Below, in pieces: positions 31,483 to 46,055 of a stretch of DNA of 64,000 nucleotides; the first letter of the stretch is position 1; each line of letters begins with the position of its first letter. The notes beneath the pieces were generated by a model. It saw only the letters and a program-made list of their open reading frames with translations. It had not been told where the DNA came from and did not search any database. Source of the DNA: the human T2T-CHM13v2.0 reference genome, Homo sapiens; assembly GCF_009914755.1 (NCBI RefSeq), contig NC_060931.1. One strand, written 5' to 3'. The translations under genes were made by a program, and so were the position numbers.

Positions 31483-31709
31483 TTTTTTTTTGAGACGGAG
31501 TCTCACTCTGTCACCCAGGCTTGAGTGCAGTGGCACGATCTCAGCTGGGACTACAGGCGTGCACCACCATGCCCGGCTAATTTTTGTATTTTTAGTAGAG
31601 ACAGGGTTTTGCCATGTTGGCCAAGCTGGTCTCAAACTCCTGACCTCAGGTGGTCCACCTTGTCCTCCCAAAGTGCTGGGATTACAGGCGTGAGCCACCG
31701 CGCCCAGCC
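31483..31709 (-). mobile_element. AluS with an internal deletion
   Basis: gatctcagct joins directly to gggactac; about 60 bp missing. Confidence 0.9.
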
Positions 31710-31959
31710 CCCTCCTTGTCTTCACGGCACCTCCTTTCCAGACGTAAGCACTCGTCCAACATTTAATATACTAGATTAATTCTGACTTATTTTAGCTTTA
31801 TATAAATGTAATCATACAGTATGTACTCATTTGTGTCTGATTTCTTTTACTCAATATTATCTTTATAAACTTACTCATGTTGTCAAGTATAGTGGTAGCC
31901 CATTCATTTTAATTGCTGTATTTTTGGAGGATAAGCTCTAATATTAAATTATTATTATT

Positions 31960-32256
<297 letters not shown>

Positions 32257-32711
32257 TAAAAAGTGAATACTCACGTGTAACCATCACTCCTTAAGCCTCC
32301 TTTGTGCCCTCTACCGATCATTACTTCTTCCAAAGGTAACCGGTCTTCCAATTTCTATCACCCTTGATTTGTTTTACCTACTTTTGAACTTCAGATAAAT
32401 GGATCATATAATATGTATTATTTGATGACTGGCTTATTCCATTCATCATTATGTCTGATTCATCCATGTTGTTGGGTGTAGCAGGAGTTCATTCTTTATT
32501 GCTGTGTGAATACACAACAATTTATTCATCTATTCTACTGTTGATGGATATTTGGATTTTATCTAATTTTAGGTTATTATGGATAATGCTACTAGGAACA
32601 TCTTGATTTTGAGAATTGTCATTCAGTATTATTAAAATTTTCATGTATGTTGGAAAGTTTTATAGTTTTCTTCACATCATTTCTATGCATTTATGTATTT
32701 CTACTTTTATA

Positions 32712-33005
32712 TTTTTAAAGATGAGGGCTTGCTCTGTTGCCTAGGCTGGAGTGCAGCAATATGATTGTAGCTCACTGAAGCCTCAAAGTCTGAGGCTCAA
32801 GTGATCCTCCCCCCTTAGCCTCCCAAGTAGCAGGACCATAGACTTGCACCACCACACCAGGCTATTTTTCTTTTTCTATTTTTTTTGTAGAGAGGGAGTT
32901 CTCGATATGTTGCCAGACTAACCTTGAACTCCTAGCTTCAATTGATCCTCCTGCCTCAGCCTCCCAAACCTCTGGAATTACAAGTGTTGAGCCACTCACC
33001 CAGCT
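32712..33005 (-). mobile_element. AluJ
   Basis: Diverged antisense dimer. Confidence 0.85.
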
Positions 33006-33249
33006 TTGCATTTATTTTTAAGTTTGTTCATAGGTAGTTTATGTCTTTGGTTGTTTATGTTGATTATGTTTGGTTGTTTATTTTTTTTGATAGTTTGTGT
33101 TTTTTGGTTGCTTTTGTGAATAGGATCTTCTTCCAGGGAGGTCTTTATATGACACATTGTAAAAGAAACTAATAAATATTTTTTAGAACTTCAGTGTCTT
33201 AAGGAAATTTTACTTACCTCTTTTATTTGTAAATAATTATCAAAAAGTT

Positions 33250-33592
<343 letters not shown>

Positions 33593-34524
33593 TCATTTCA
33601 TGGTGGTACAAAGGTAACAGAATTTTGGAGAAATTCCAAATTGCATGGTGGTGTTGAAAGCTTTCCCACTTCAGGAGCTGCTGCAGGAAGTCTCTATTTG
33701 GCTGCCAGAAAAGAACACCTAAAAGCTGAGTCACTCAACAGGTGATTATGTACCAGGTACTAAATCTTTAGCACGTAAGTGCTAAACAGAGGGTAGTAAA
33801 CCCAACAGATGTGCACAAAAAGCATGCATAGAGCTTTCAGCCCATAGAGAGGGGATCGTAGATAAGCCACCATGGGCAAGAGCTTTCAAGGCCTGGGAAC
33901 CTCATGAGGAAGGCCCTGAAGAGGAAAGGAGATTCATTCTTTGGAGAAGGAGGAGCGCTTCCTGCTGGTGGGATGCGGTGCTGCAGTGAGGGCTGAGTAT
34001 ACTTAGATGTCAAGAGTCCCACGCGCGGTAGTAGCACACACCGGCCTTGGAGGGCGCTGAGACGTGGTCTTCCCACTCTGCCTTAGAGCAGTCGGAAGCA
34101 CCATTCCGACTTCTGTGGACAAAGCCCTGGAGATTCATGATCAGGTGGTGATTCATGATTCATGATCATGGACGGTACTGCTCCCACCTGGAAGAGACCC
34201 AGGAAGGGTTGGTGGGTGTGAAGAGGCTGGAGGCTGCAAGTTGGGGGCTCAGGCGGCTCTGGCTACCAGTGGGGTAGGACTGAAGGCCTCAGACTGGGCT
34301 TTGTGGCTGCGGACTGAGTTCGAGCCCCAGCTCTGCCTCTTTCTAATGGTGTGCATTATGGCCAGTCATCTAACTCATGCTCTCTGGGTCCAGTATTGAG
34401 CTGGACGTCTGGCACTTTAGCTTCCTACCCAGTAAGGTAGGAAAGAAAACGTTACTGGTGAAATGACCCTTTAAAGCTAAACATAGGAAAATACACTTTA
34501 ACCTCATAATTTCAAATTCACTGC

Positions 34525-34858
<334 letters not shown>

Positions 34859-35659
34859 TAATTTTTAACAATATTTAATAAGCAGCGACTTGGAATCCTT
34901 CAGCTTTTACTTTCTCCCTCTGCTGAGCATTTAAAGATCTATAAATATACACAGGAGAAGCTGCTTCTTAAAGAGATCCTTTTGTAATCTGGGGAATCCT
35001 TTAGTTATGAGGATAATTTCACCCTCTAATTTGGTGCAGTAAGAAAATAAATGGTAAGCATGATTACATTTAATCATGTAAAATACTGCCCAGTGTGGGG
35101 AAGGGGATGCTTACTCACACAGAAGTCCTTTTATTCACTCTGCTGTGTCATGTGTTTCTGTGACGGGTGTCCTGATGTCCCATCATTCCAAGCACTCTCC
35201 TCCCGGAAAGCCATTGTGTGGCCCAAAAGAGATAGAGCATCTGAAAATGATTTTTAGACAAAGGCCAGACAGGTTGAGGATTGTAACTAGGTCGGTGACT
35301 TCCTGAGGTCCCTCAACATCTGGACATGCTGGAGGTAGGGGGCTCTAACTGTGGGGCCCATTGAGAAGGTAGAGGACTTGCCCAAAATGAAGACATTCCT
35401 GAGGCAGCTGGGGGTGACCTTTGAGATTTCATTATTCTGGCCTGCCCATAGTTCAAAATTTGGCACTAGTTTTCATGGAAAAATGCTGTCTGCCTCAGCC
35501 ATGAGACCTCTTTCACTGTCTGCAGTTCCGCTTCTACCTGGGCCCAGCTGAGCCAAACTTAGCTCCTGAACACAGGTGGGCCAAGCCACTCCGTGGCTCA
35601 GAGATAGGGTGTCCATGTCTCCCAATTTGCCTGTGACACTCCTATTTATGCCTGTTGTC

Positions 35660-35982
<323 letters not shown>

Positions 35983-37129
35983 TAATACTGCCCCGTTCAC
36001 TCTCCAAAGTGTCACAGTTTGAGCGATAAATTATTTGATCTCCTTATTCAGAATCCTTTCTGCTATTCTCTCAATAGTTTGCAAGATTTGGCAGCCAAGG
36101 TTTGCAGAGCAAGGTTCCAGGGACATGACACTGGTTCCTAAAAAGGTAAAAGGAAGAGAGAGTGCAGGAAGGGTCTAAAGCTTTCAACCCAGTGTGGGAA
36201 AGACCCAGGAGGCAATAATGCCTGCTCTGGTTCTCTTCCCACCTTCATGGTCACCCTCATTTGTTGAGCTCCTGCATTGCCTCTCCAGGTAGCAGGAATC
36301 CAGATACATAAAAGGCAGTGCACTGATCTCATCCGGTGATTAGGAGGAAATCGAACATTCATCCCACATGAGGAACATTTACTGAGCTCTGCCTGGGGCC
36401 AGGAATCCAAAAAGAACTTCAGAGAGTAAATAAAGAATTATAATAGAGTGAGGTGAATGCTGTGAGGTAAGCTGAAGGTGTCACAGGAGCCCAAAGGAAG
36501 AACTTGCTCACTTTTCCTGTAAAGAGGGTGGGATGCATAATTGGAAAGATGTCACCAAGGAGATGTGTGAGCCTGGCTCTGCAGACAAGACAAGGTATCA
36601 GGTACCTCTAAGTGGGGGCAGGGAATTCTCAGCTTTCAAGAGCCAAACAGCCACTATTAGAAGCATGTGTTGGCCAGCAGCAGAGACCCAGGCAGGCAGA
36701 TGAGGAAGATGAGTTACTTCCCCAAGGGTGGGGCTGGTGCTCCTTCAAGCCCTCCCTCTTAGGGCCAGTTTGTGCCAAGACCTGAGCAGGGGTTGGAGCT
36801 GAAGGTCAGCAGCAACTATATGGCCTGCAGAAGAGAAGGGGTGGGGCTGAGTCAGATACACATTTATCTGATATCAGTTCAATTTCCCGGGGGGCAGGGT
36901 GGAAATATGGGCACAGTGTGTCCAGGCAGAGAAGCAGAAAACATGGGCCCCAAGGCACTGGTTTATGCCTGACCACAGGGAAAGGTTTAGAAACAAGCCC
37001 TGCCTAGTCCACTCCTCCACCCCCCTCCACCCGCCATGATTTGTCCAACGGCTGGCTCCATTTGGCAGTATGCCCCGAGGATCTGGATGCTGAGGATGAC
37101 TTAGGTTCCAGGGTCTGGCCAAGGTAACC

Positions 37130-37297
37130 CAGCACTTCAGCCTACATCTTCAGCATCACTGGGCAGGCTTATTAAACACAAGATGCTGGGCCCACCCCTG
37201 AGTCTCTGATTCAGCAGGTCTAGAAGGGGGCCCCCTAAATTATGCTTTAACAAGTTCCAGGTGATTCTAGTCCAGGGACCATGTTTTGAGAACCACC
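37130..37297. mobile_element. MER5-like hAT MITE
   Basis: ctgggcccacccc...ctgattcagcaggtct...tttgagaaccac. Confidence 0.7.
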
Positions 37298-37923
37298 AAG
37301 GTAATCCAAGCCGGGTATCCTCGTTGACCAGGGGCCCTGGAGATGCTGCCTGGGGCTAAGGCAAGGGCACTGGATTTGAAAGCTGAGGGTTCTGGTTGCG
37401 GGCTGGCTCAGGCTACTCGGTTGCCACATGTATAAAAGGGTAATTCTGCATCTTAAATAAGACCTTAGATGTGAAAGCCCTTTGTCAACTGAGAGGTGAG
37501 ATTTGATGTCAGTTTTTTTACATGCAAACCTAGGGCTGTAAAGTTTGCTCATTTCTCCTAAAATAATTATGGCTGTGGTCTGAGGACCACACGTACAACA
37601 GGATCCTCTGGGAAGCTTCCTAGAATGCAGACTTTGCAGCTCTAAATCTTGATGTGGACCCTATCATCACATTTACATTTTCAACACATCTTCAGTGATT
37701 CTTGTGCACCCCAAGGAATTTGAAAACCACTTGCTTATGCTGGGGCGGTAGTGAGGGATGGAAAAAAGCTGTTCTTCCGTTTTCTGATCTGCTGTTGGGC
37801 CAGGAAGATCCCCCGCCCTCGCCCTGAAGTTTCCTTGCTGCCAGCATCCTTTGGGAACCTCTCATCTCAGGAAGGCTGCCTCTCTGCCCCGTCATTTTCC
37901 TCCTGGCTCCCAGCTGCATGCAG

Positions 37924-37937
37924 GCGCCACCTCCTGG
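37924..37937 (-). promoter_or_regulatory. Candidate CTCF site
   Basis: Minus strand CCAGGAGGTGGCGC matches CCASYAGRKGGCRS at 13 of 14 positions. Confidence 0.55.
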
Positions 37938-38169
37938 CAACATAGTTCTTTCACTCTTTTTCTCCTGTTGTGTTAATCAGATCCTCCCCACATTAAGTGT
38001 TGAGAAAAAGAGCCTTTCCAATGTCAGAAAGAAATGTGATTCTCTTATATTTGAGGGGTTTCGATGCCTCCTTAAATGTCTTCACTTCTTGTGATTTTAC
38101 TATTCCACTCTCTAAAAAACAACAACAATTAATAAATATATATACGTTTAATTCTTAGTTTTAATTTAA

Positions 38170-38420
38170 TTTTTTTTTTTTTTGAGACAGAGTCTCCCTC
38201 GGTTGCTCAGGCTAGAATGCAGTGGTGTGATCTCAGCTCACTGCAACCTCCGCCTCCCAGCATGCACCACCACGCCCAGCTAGTTTTTTTGTGTGTTTTT
38301 CATAGAGATGGGGTTTCAGCATGTTGGCCAGGCTGGTCTCCAACTCCTGATCTCAGGTGATCCACCTGCCTCAGCCTCCCAAAGTGCTGAGATTACAGGC
38401 ATGAGCCACTGTGCCTGGCC
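38170..38420 (-). mobile_element. AluS with an internal deletion
   Basis: Antisense; gcctcccag joins directly to catgcaccacc. Confidence 0.9.
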
Positions 38421-38487
38421 TTAGTTTTAATTTTTAATACAGTAAATATCAACATATATATCTCACATAAACAAAAACATTTTGGGG

Positions 38488-38490
<3 letters not shown>

Positions 38491-38532
<42 letters not shown>

Positions 38533-38549
38533 TGTGTGTGTATGTGTGT
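38491..38549. repeat. (TG)20 microsatellite plus a degenerate tail
   Basis: Read directly. Confidence 0.97.
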
Positions 38550-38565
38550 ATTTTTTTTAACTCTA

Positions 38566-38892
<327 letters not shown>

Positions 38893-40141
38893 GTCCTCTG
38901 TATATTTTAAGAGAACAAAGGATTCTAAGACCAAAGAGTTTGCGAATCACTGACTTATATATTTATAAAATGGAAACAAAAGTCTCACACTACAATAGTC
39001 ATCCTTACATCATACAATGCACCCTGAGGCTTTCCTTTCTATTCCATTTTATTTCATCCTTTTAAAAGTACTGATGCTGGCCAAGAAAAGTTCATTTGCG
39101 ATAGCTTAAAAAGCATTCAACCAAAGTATGGGAACAGTATGTAATTTTCTGGGGTCCACTTTTTATTTAAGTTAAATGTTGTTATTTAAATTTAAAAAGT
39201 GCCTAAGGCCACATTAGCCTTAGGATCATGTTCTTTCTTCTAAACAGAGCTGAATTTACCATGCAGTTAGTGAAGCTCAGGTTCAAGGCTCCTGACTTTC
39301 ACAGGCCCCTCCTGGACCCTCTACCTATTTTTTACCTATAATTTGGCATTCTTTTCTAAAAGATCTGTATCTGTAATCTGTATAAACTTCAGGCCCCACA
39401 AAACCCAGATCCACACTTGCTACTAAACTATATTTTTTTCTGTATATAAGCTGGAATGTATTAAAATAACGTAGTTTTTGCTTGCTTTTCTAATTAGAAA
39501 CAATGATAGTTAATAGTCAATTTTTCTAATTGAAAAAGAGCTGCTGGTTTGCATTAAGTCTCTTTGGTTGAGGAAAGAAACCCACATGAGTTAGTTATAT
39601 TTCAAGGAAAAGGGAGCTGACTTTAAGGACACATGTGCACTGGAACTACAGAATCATCCAGAACCAGTCTGTTCCTTTCCCCCAGTGGTCACAGGCTCTC
39701 TTGCTCACAGCCTCTCTGCTGCTTTCTTGTGAATCTGTCCATTCTGTCCTCCTCCCTTTATGGCTAAGCCTCTTCATACTCATGAGTTGCACATGGCCCA
39801 CAGGAGACTTTTGCTAGCTCTAATGGTGAATTAGCCCAGTCTCCCTCTATTTCCTAACTATCAGTTCCTCAATGAGGAATCTGATTGGCCCAGCTCAGGT
39901 TTCTAAGACATGCCACATCATAGATTGCTGGCCAGTCTGATATAGGCCACCCTTGGATCAAGTGCCCAATAAGCCATAGCTATGGAGAACAGGGTCGTGT
40001 GGTACCAACCTTAGTCTGTAGACAGGGCCTTATCCCTTAGAAGAGACTAGTCAGCAACAAGCTCAGCAAACCATCAAACTGATCTGAATTCAAACTTTGA
40101 TTTTTTGCTCCATATATTTAGTTGGATTTAATATTAATTAA

Positions 40142-40671
40142 TTTATTTTTTCAAGAACCAGAGTCTCACTATGTTGCCCAGGCTGGAGTGCATTGGCTAT
40201 TCACAGGCACCATCATAGCTCACTGCAGCCTTGAACTCCTGGACTCAAGTGATCCTCCTATCTCAGCCTCCTGAGTGGCTGGGACTACAGATGTGGGTGC
40301 CACCACATCTGGCCTGGTGGTTTCCAGGCCAGATGAGTTTTAAAAACTTATCTCTTTTTTGCTTTAATTTTGTTATTTTTTAATTAATTATTTTTTATAT
40401 AGAGAGATGGGGTCTTGCTATATTGCCCAGGCTGGTCTCAAACTCCTGGGCTCAAGTGATCCTCCCACTCAGACTCCCAAAGTGCTGGGATTACAGGCAT
40501 GAGCCACCACACCTGGCCAGAACCTATTTTTCCCCCTTCTTTTTCCTTTTAATATATGTAGAGATGAGGTCTTGCTATGTTACCCAGGCTGGTCTCGAAC
40601 TCCTGTGCTCAAGTGATTCTCCCGCCTCCCAAAGTGCTGGGATTACAAGCATGAGCCACCATGCCCAGCTT
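40142..40671 (-). mobile_element. Cluster of three antisense Alu monomers (FRAM/FLAM/AluJ-like)
   Basis: Monomers at about 40142-40315, 40385-40517 and 40545-40671. Confidence 0.82.
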
Positions 40672-41315
40672 GCCAAAACCTATTTCTTTCGGGGCATATT
40701 GGTCTTTCTACTGCTTGCCTTTCAATCACTGGAAATTTGATGCAAGTCAAGGATTTTAAAGAAATATGTGCTGCTCTGTCACTCTAAAAGAATGAATAAG
40801 AAAAAAAATCAGTAGTACCTGCAAATGGGAAGTTTTATTATGATATGTTTAGCTGCTGGAGAGCTTGAGTTTAATCTTGGCCTTTAACTTATGAGGAGGA
40901 TACACAAACTCACTGTATGAGTCATTTTCAAAATGTCTCCAATTATTTTGTCCCTTTGATGACATCATAGGATTCTCTGAATGCTTGGTGTGATGTACAC
41001 CACTCCGTATTATTGCTTTTTTTGTTATTGATGGCAAACATGTCACTATGACTTTTTAAAATAATCTAGAAGCAGAAGCACCACATGAAATGCATTTACA
41101 AATTTTAAGTCCTTCTGGGAAAGGCTTAGAAGTTGCAGGAAAGACTACAGGACAGGAAGAGAATTCATGCACAAGCAAGCCTAGGATGGACCTGGCACTA
41201 TTATGTTTTATAGCTGATCTCAGGCAAACTTCTGAGGTATCACCCTCACTTTGAAAGTAGGCAATATAAGCTTGCTAGAGCCCACTCTTCCTCTGTAGCA
41301 GCCAACCCTGTGGGG

Positions 41316-41540
41316 CAGTGGCTCTTTAAAGTGTGCTTCCAGGGTCTGCAGCATCCGAACCACCTGGGAACTTATTAGGAATGCAAATTCTCTGGTTTTC
41401 CCCCAGATCTCTGGTGTTCCCCCAGATCTACTGAATCAGAAACCCTGGGGGAATGGTCTAGAAAGTTGGCTTAACAAACAAGTCGGCTTAACAAGTCCTC
41501 CAGGCTATTCTGATGCAGGCAAGGGTTTGAGTACCATTGT
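41316..41540. mobile_element. MER5A hAT MITE
   Basis: cacctgggaacttattaggaatgcaaattctc...ctactgaatcagaaac. Confidence 0.8.
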
Positions 41541-42025
41541 TTAGGGCTTGCTTTTCAAAGTGTTAGGATATGCAACATACACCCAATACTTGATGGGGAT
41601 TACAAGAATCTCTAGCCTGCACCATGGAACTCTCCCACTTTCATGCCTTTATTCAGGTTATTCCTCTAACTAGAATAGTCTTTCTCCAACAGACTCACCT
41701 GTTGGTATCTTGTTCATTTTTTTCAAAGCCAAACCAGTTCAATACCTACTTCCTCTAAGATGTTTCTCCCAATCCGCCCATCTCTCTGGAACATGGTGTC
41801 TGTCTTTCAACGGGTGCTCAATATACAACAAGTTGTTAGCTAGAAAGTTAGAAGTTGGGAAGTTAGGTAAAAATCATTTGGAATGAGTGTAGTGGGCTGT
41901 CTTCCATAATGACTACTAACTGATGTTTCGGGATGGACCTTTCTTTTGTTTTCTGTCATCAAGTCATGCATGTTCCCCATCCAGGCTGGAATTGCTGCTT
42001 CTCCTGGAATGTGTTTGCTTAAGAT

Positions 42026-42352
42026 CAAGAATCAGCAAACTATGGTCCATGGGTCAAATGCAACCCACAGGCTATTTTGTACAGCTTCTGAGCTAACAAT
42101 ATTTTTTACAATTTTTAATGATTGGGAAAAAAAGAAAAATAATATTTTGTGATACATGAAAATTACATGAAATTCAAATTCTACCATTCATAAATAAGAG
42201 ATCATTGGAACACAGCCACACTTATTTATGTTATCCATGGCTGGTTTCCTGCTACAAGGACGGAGTTGAGTAGCTGCAACAGAGATTGTATGGCCCACAA
42301 AGCCAAAATATTTATTGTCTGGCTTCTTACAGAAGAAGTTTGCCAACCCCTA
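42026..42352 (+). mobile_element. MER58 (B-like) hAT element
   Basis: tcagcaaactatgg...ggaacacagccac...aagtttgccaacccct with terminal inverted repeats. Confidence 0.85.
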
Positions 42353-42354
42353 CT

Positions 42355-43040
42355 CTAGGTGACCTCACGTTTCACTCCCTCACTTCGTTCAGGTCTTTGA
42401 TCAAATGTCACCCTGGTGGGGAGAGGTCTTCCCTGATCTTCCTACTTAAACAGAACATGTTCTCCCTAGCTGCTCTTTGCACTGTTATGTTATGTTGAGC
42501 TATTTTTCTTTGTGGCACTTATCCTAAGCTGACGTTATAGAGGTATTTGTTTATTATGAGTCTCTCCTCATAAGAGCCAGCTTCATGAGATCAGGACCTT
42601 TCTTTTGGCTCATCTCCTTTTCTTTTTTAATTTTAATGAGAACCTAGAGAAAACACTCCTTTTAAAAAATATTTTTATTTATTTATTTTTTGAAACAGGG
42701 TCTCACTCTGTCACCCAGGCTGGAGTACAATAGTGCGATCACAGCTCACTCTAGCCTTCACCTCCTGGGCTCCGGTAATCCTCCGACCTCAGCCTCCTGA
42801 GTAGCTAGGACTACAGGTGTGCATCACCATGGCCAGCTAATTTTGTATTTTTGGTAGAGACGGGTTTTTGCTATGTTGCCCAGGCTGCTCTCAAACTCCT
42901 GAGCTCAAGGGATCCATCCGACCTCCTCAGCCTCCCAAATTGCTGGGATTACAGGTGTGAGCAACCGCACCTAGCCAGTGTTTTGGCTCATTTCCACATG
43001 CTCACAGGCTCTCAATAAACATTCAAATGAATGAATGAAT
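42355..43040 (+). mobile_element. L2 3' fragment split by an antisense AluJ (42672-42976)
   Basis: ttcaggtct...caaatgtcacc and the tail ctcaataaa...tgaatgaatgaat. Confidence 0.7.
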
Positions 43041-43281
43041 ATTCTCTAACAAGAGTATCTCTAAGACCTTCCCTGGTGGTTAGATTATTTTACTTTGATT
43101 TTGGGAGGGACAAGGAGCTGATTGAGTGTATTATCTAGACTAAGTTACGTTAACAGAGATCATTAGACTTATTGTTTGCCTTTTACAAAATGATGGATAT
43201 ACATTGTGAAATATTTCTTAATTAAAAGACCTGGAGGCCAAGCATTCAGACTTGGAGGCCATAAATCAAAAATCATTCTTC

Positions 43282-43572
43282 TGCCAGGCAAGGTGACTCA
43301 TGCCTGTAATCCCAGCACTTTGGGAGGCTGAGGCGGGTGGATCACTTGAGGTCAGCAGTTCAAGACCAGCCTGACCAACATGGTGAAACCCCATCTCTAC
43401 TAAAAATACAAAAATTAGCTGGGCGTGGTGGTGGGCGCCTATAATCCCAGCTACTCAGGAGGCAGAGGGGGAGAACTGCTTGAACCTGGGAGGAGGAGGT
43501 TGCAGTAAGCCAAGATTGCGCCATTGCACTCCAACCAGGGCAACAGAGCAAGACTCTATCTCAAAAAAAAAA
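43282..43572 (+). mobile_element. AluS
   Basis: Sense dimer. Confidence 0.93.
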
Positions 43573-44216
43573 ATTTTTTTTTTCTTCTGTTTTTCAATGA
43601 CAGCATCCAGAGTTGCCAATTGGAATGCAGAAAATTGATTTTGACTGTTTGTTTTTTAAGAGAGCTTAGGGACTATTTTGTCCCATTCTGTTTTATTTCA
43701 AAATTCTTCTACATTTTAATCCAATTATATATATATAGAATGTAGGCAAAATATGTGTTCCAACACATAATTGCTATTTACTTTGGGGCAAGGAGTTTTC
43801 TGGAAAAGTAGCCAGCATCACTCAAAAGCCTCTAATGACTTTCTCATACCCTCCCATTTCAAAGTCAGATGAGTTGTTTTTAAAGGAATAATTCATCTTC
43901 CTCTCCCCCCTTTTCTTTTATAAAGACTTGTCTCTCATAGTTTGCACAAGATCTTTAAAGAAATGGGCTTGAGTTTACCTTGTGCTCAGTGAACAGAGCA
44001 CCTTTACTAGGAACATGCCTTCTTTTCTCCTGCAGGCAGACAAAACAGAAGAATGTATCTGAGGGATTGGCTCTATTATCATATTAAGGAAATTTATACA
44101 AATGACTACTATCTGGAAGAATCTAAATTATAATTTTACTAAGTTATGGTAGTTCTCTCAGGAAGACTCTTCCTTTTGGGATTGTCAATATGGGGAGAAT
44201 TATGACTTTTGTATTA

Positions 44217-44555
<339 letters not shown>

Positions 44556-44616
44556 TCATGGTCTAAGCCCCACAAAGTGTAAGTGGCTTGGCTGAGGTTA
44601 CAGCCAAGGGGTCCTT

Positions 44617-46055
44617 GGTGTCCGGAATTGGTGGGTTCTTGGTCTCACTGACTTCAAGAATGAAGCCACGGTCCCTGGCAGTGAGTATTACAGTTCTTAA
44701 AGGCGGCATGTCTGGAGTTTGTTCCTTCTGATGTTTGGATGTGTTTGGAGTTTCTTCCTTCTGGTGGGTTCGTGGTCTCGAGTGAAGCTGCAGACCTTCG
44801 CAGTGAGTGTTATAGCTCACAAAGGCAGTATGGACCCAAAGAGTGAGCAGCAGCAAGATTTATTGCAAAGAGCGAAAAAACAAAGCTTCCACAGCGTAAA
44901 AGAGGACCCAAGCGGGTTGCCATCACTGGCTCCAGCAGCCTGCTTTTATTCTCTTATCTGGCCCCACCCACATGCTGCTGATTGGTCCATTTTACAGAGA
45001 GCCGATTGGTCTGTTTTACAGAAAGCTGATTTGTCTGTTTTGACAGGGTGCTGATTGGTGCGTTTACAATCCCTGAGCTAGACACAAAAGTTCTCCATGT
45101 CCCCACTAGATTAACTAGATAGAGTGTCAATTGGTGTATTTACAAACCCTGAGCTAGACACAGAGTGCTGATTGGTACATTTACAAACCTTGAGCTAGAT
45201 ACAGAGTGCCAATTGGTGCATTCACAATCCCTTAGCTAGACATAAAAATTCTCCAAGTCCCCACCAGGTTAGCTAGATAGAGTGCCCATTGGTGCATCCA
45301 CAAACCCGGAACTAAACACAGGGTGCTGATTGGTGTGTTCACAAACCTTGAACTAGACACAGAGTGCTGATTGATGCACTCACAATCCCTTAACTAGACA
45401 CAAAGGTTCTCCAAGTCCCCACTAGACTCAAGAGCCCAACTGGCCTCACCCAGTGGATCTCGCACCTGGGCCGCAGGTGGAGCTGCCAGCCAGTCCCGGG
45501 CCGTGTGCCCGCACTCCTTAGCCCTTGGGTGGTCGATGGGACCGGACGCCATGGAGCAGGGGGCAGTGCTCATCAGGGAGGCTCAGGCTGCCCAGGAGCC
45601 CACGGCGGTGTTGGGGGAGACTCAGACATGGCAGGCTGCAGGTCCCGCGGGGAGGCAGCTAAGGCCCAGCGAGAAATCAAGTGCAGCGCCGGTGGGCCAG
45701 CACTGCTGGGGCACCCGGCGCACCCTCCACAGCTGCTGGCCTGGCTGCTAAGCCCCTCACTGCCTGGGCCGGCAGGGCCGGCCCGCCGCTCCGAGTGCGG
45801 GGCCCGCCAAGCCCACGCCCACCTGGAACTCTAGCTGGCCTGCAAGCCCCGGGCGCAGCCCCGGTTCCTACCCGTGCCTCTCCTTCCACACATCTCCGCA
45901 AGCCGAGGGAGTCGGCTCCGGCCTTGGCCAGCCCAGAGAAGTGCTCCCACGGTGCAGCAGGGGGCTGAAGGGCTTCTCAAGCACGCCAGAATGGGCCCCG
46001 AGGCGGAGGAGGCACCGAGAGCGAGCGAGGGCTGCCAGCATGCTGTCACCTCTCA
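44617..46055 (-). mobile_element. LTR12 (ERV9) solo LTR, long C/D/E-type
   Basis: rc starts TGAGAGGTGACAGCATGCTGGCAG and ends AAGAACCCACCAATTCCGGACAC; ~40-bp CCAAT-containing tandem repeats at 44975-45400; GC-rich U3. Confidence 0.95.

Noticed and set aside
44975-45420. ~40-bp repeated units resembling a CRISPR-like array
   Set aside because: These are the known LTR12 U3 CCAAT tandem repeats; there are no unique spacers and no cas genes.
45450-46055. Second CpG-rich region with overlapping ORFs
   Set aside because: This is the GC-rich U3 of LTR12; the ORFs reflect low stop-codon density.
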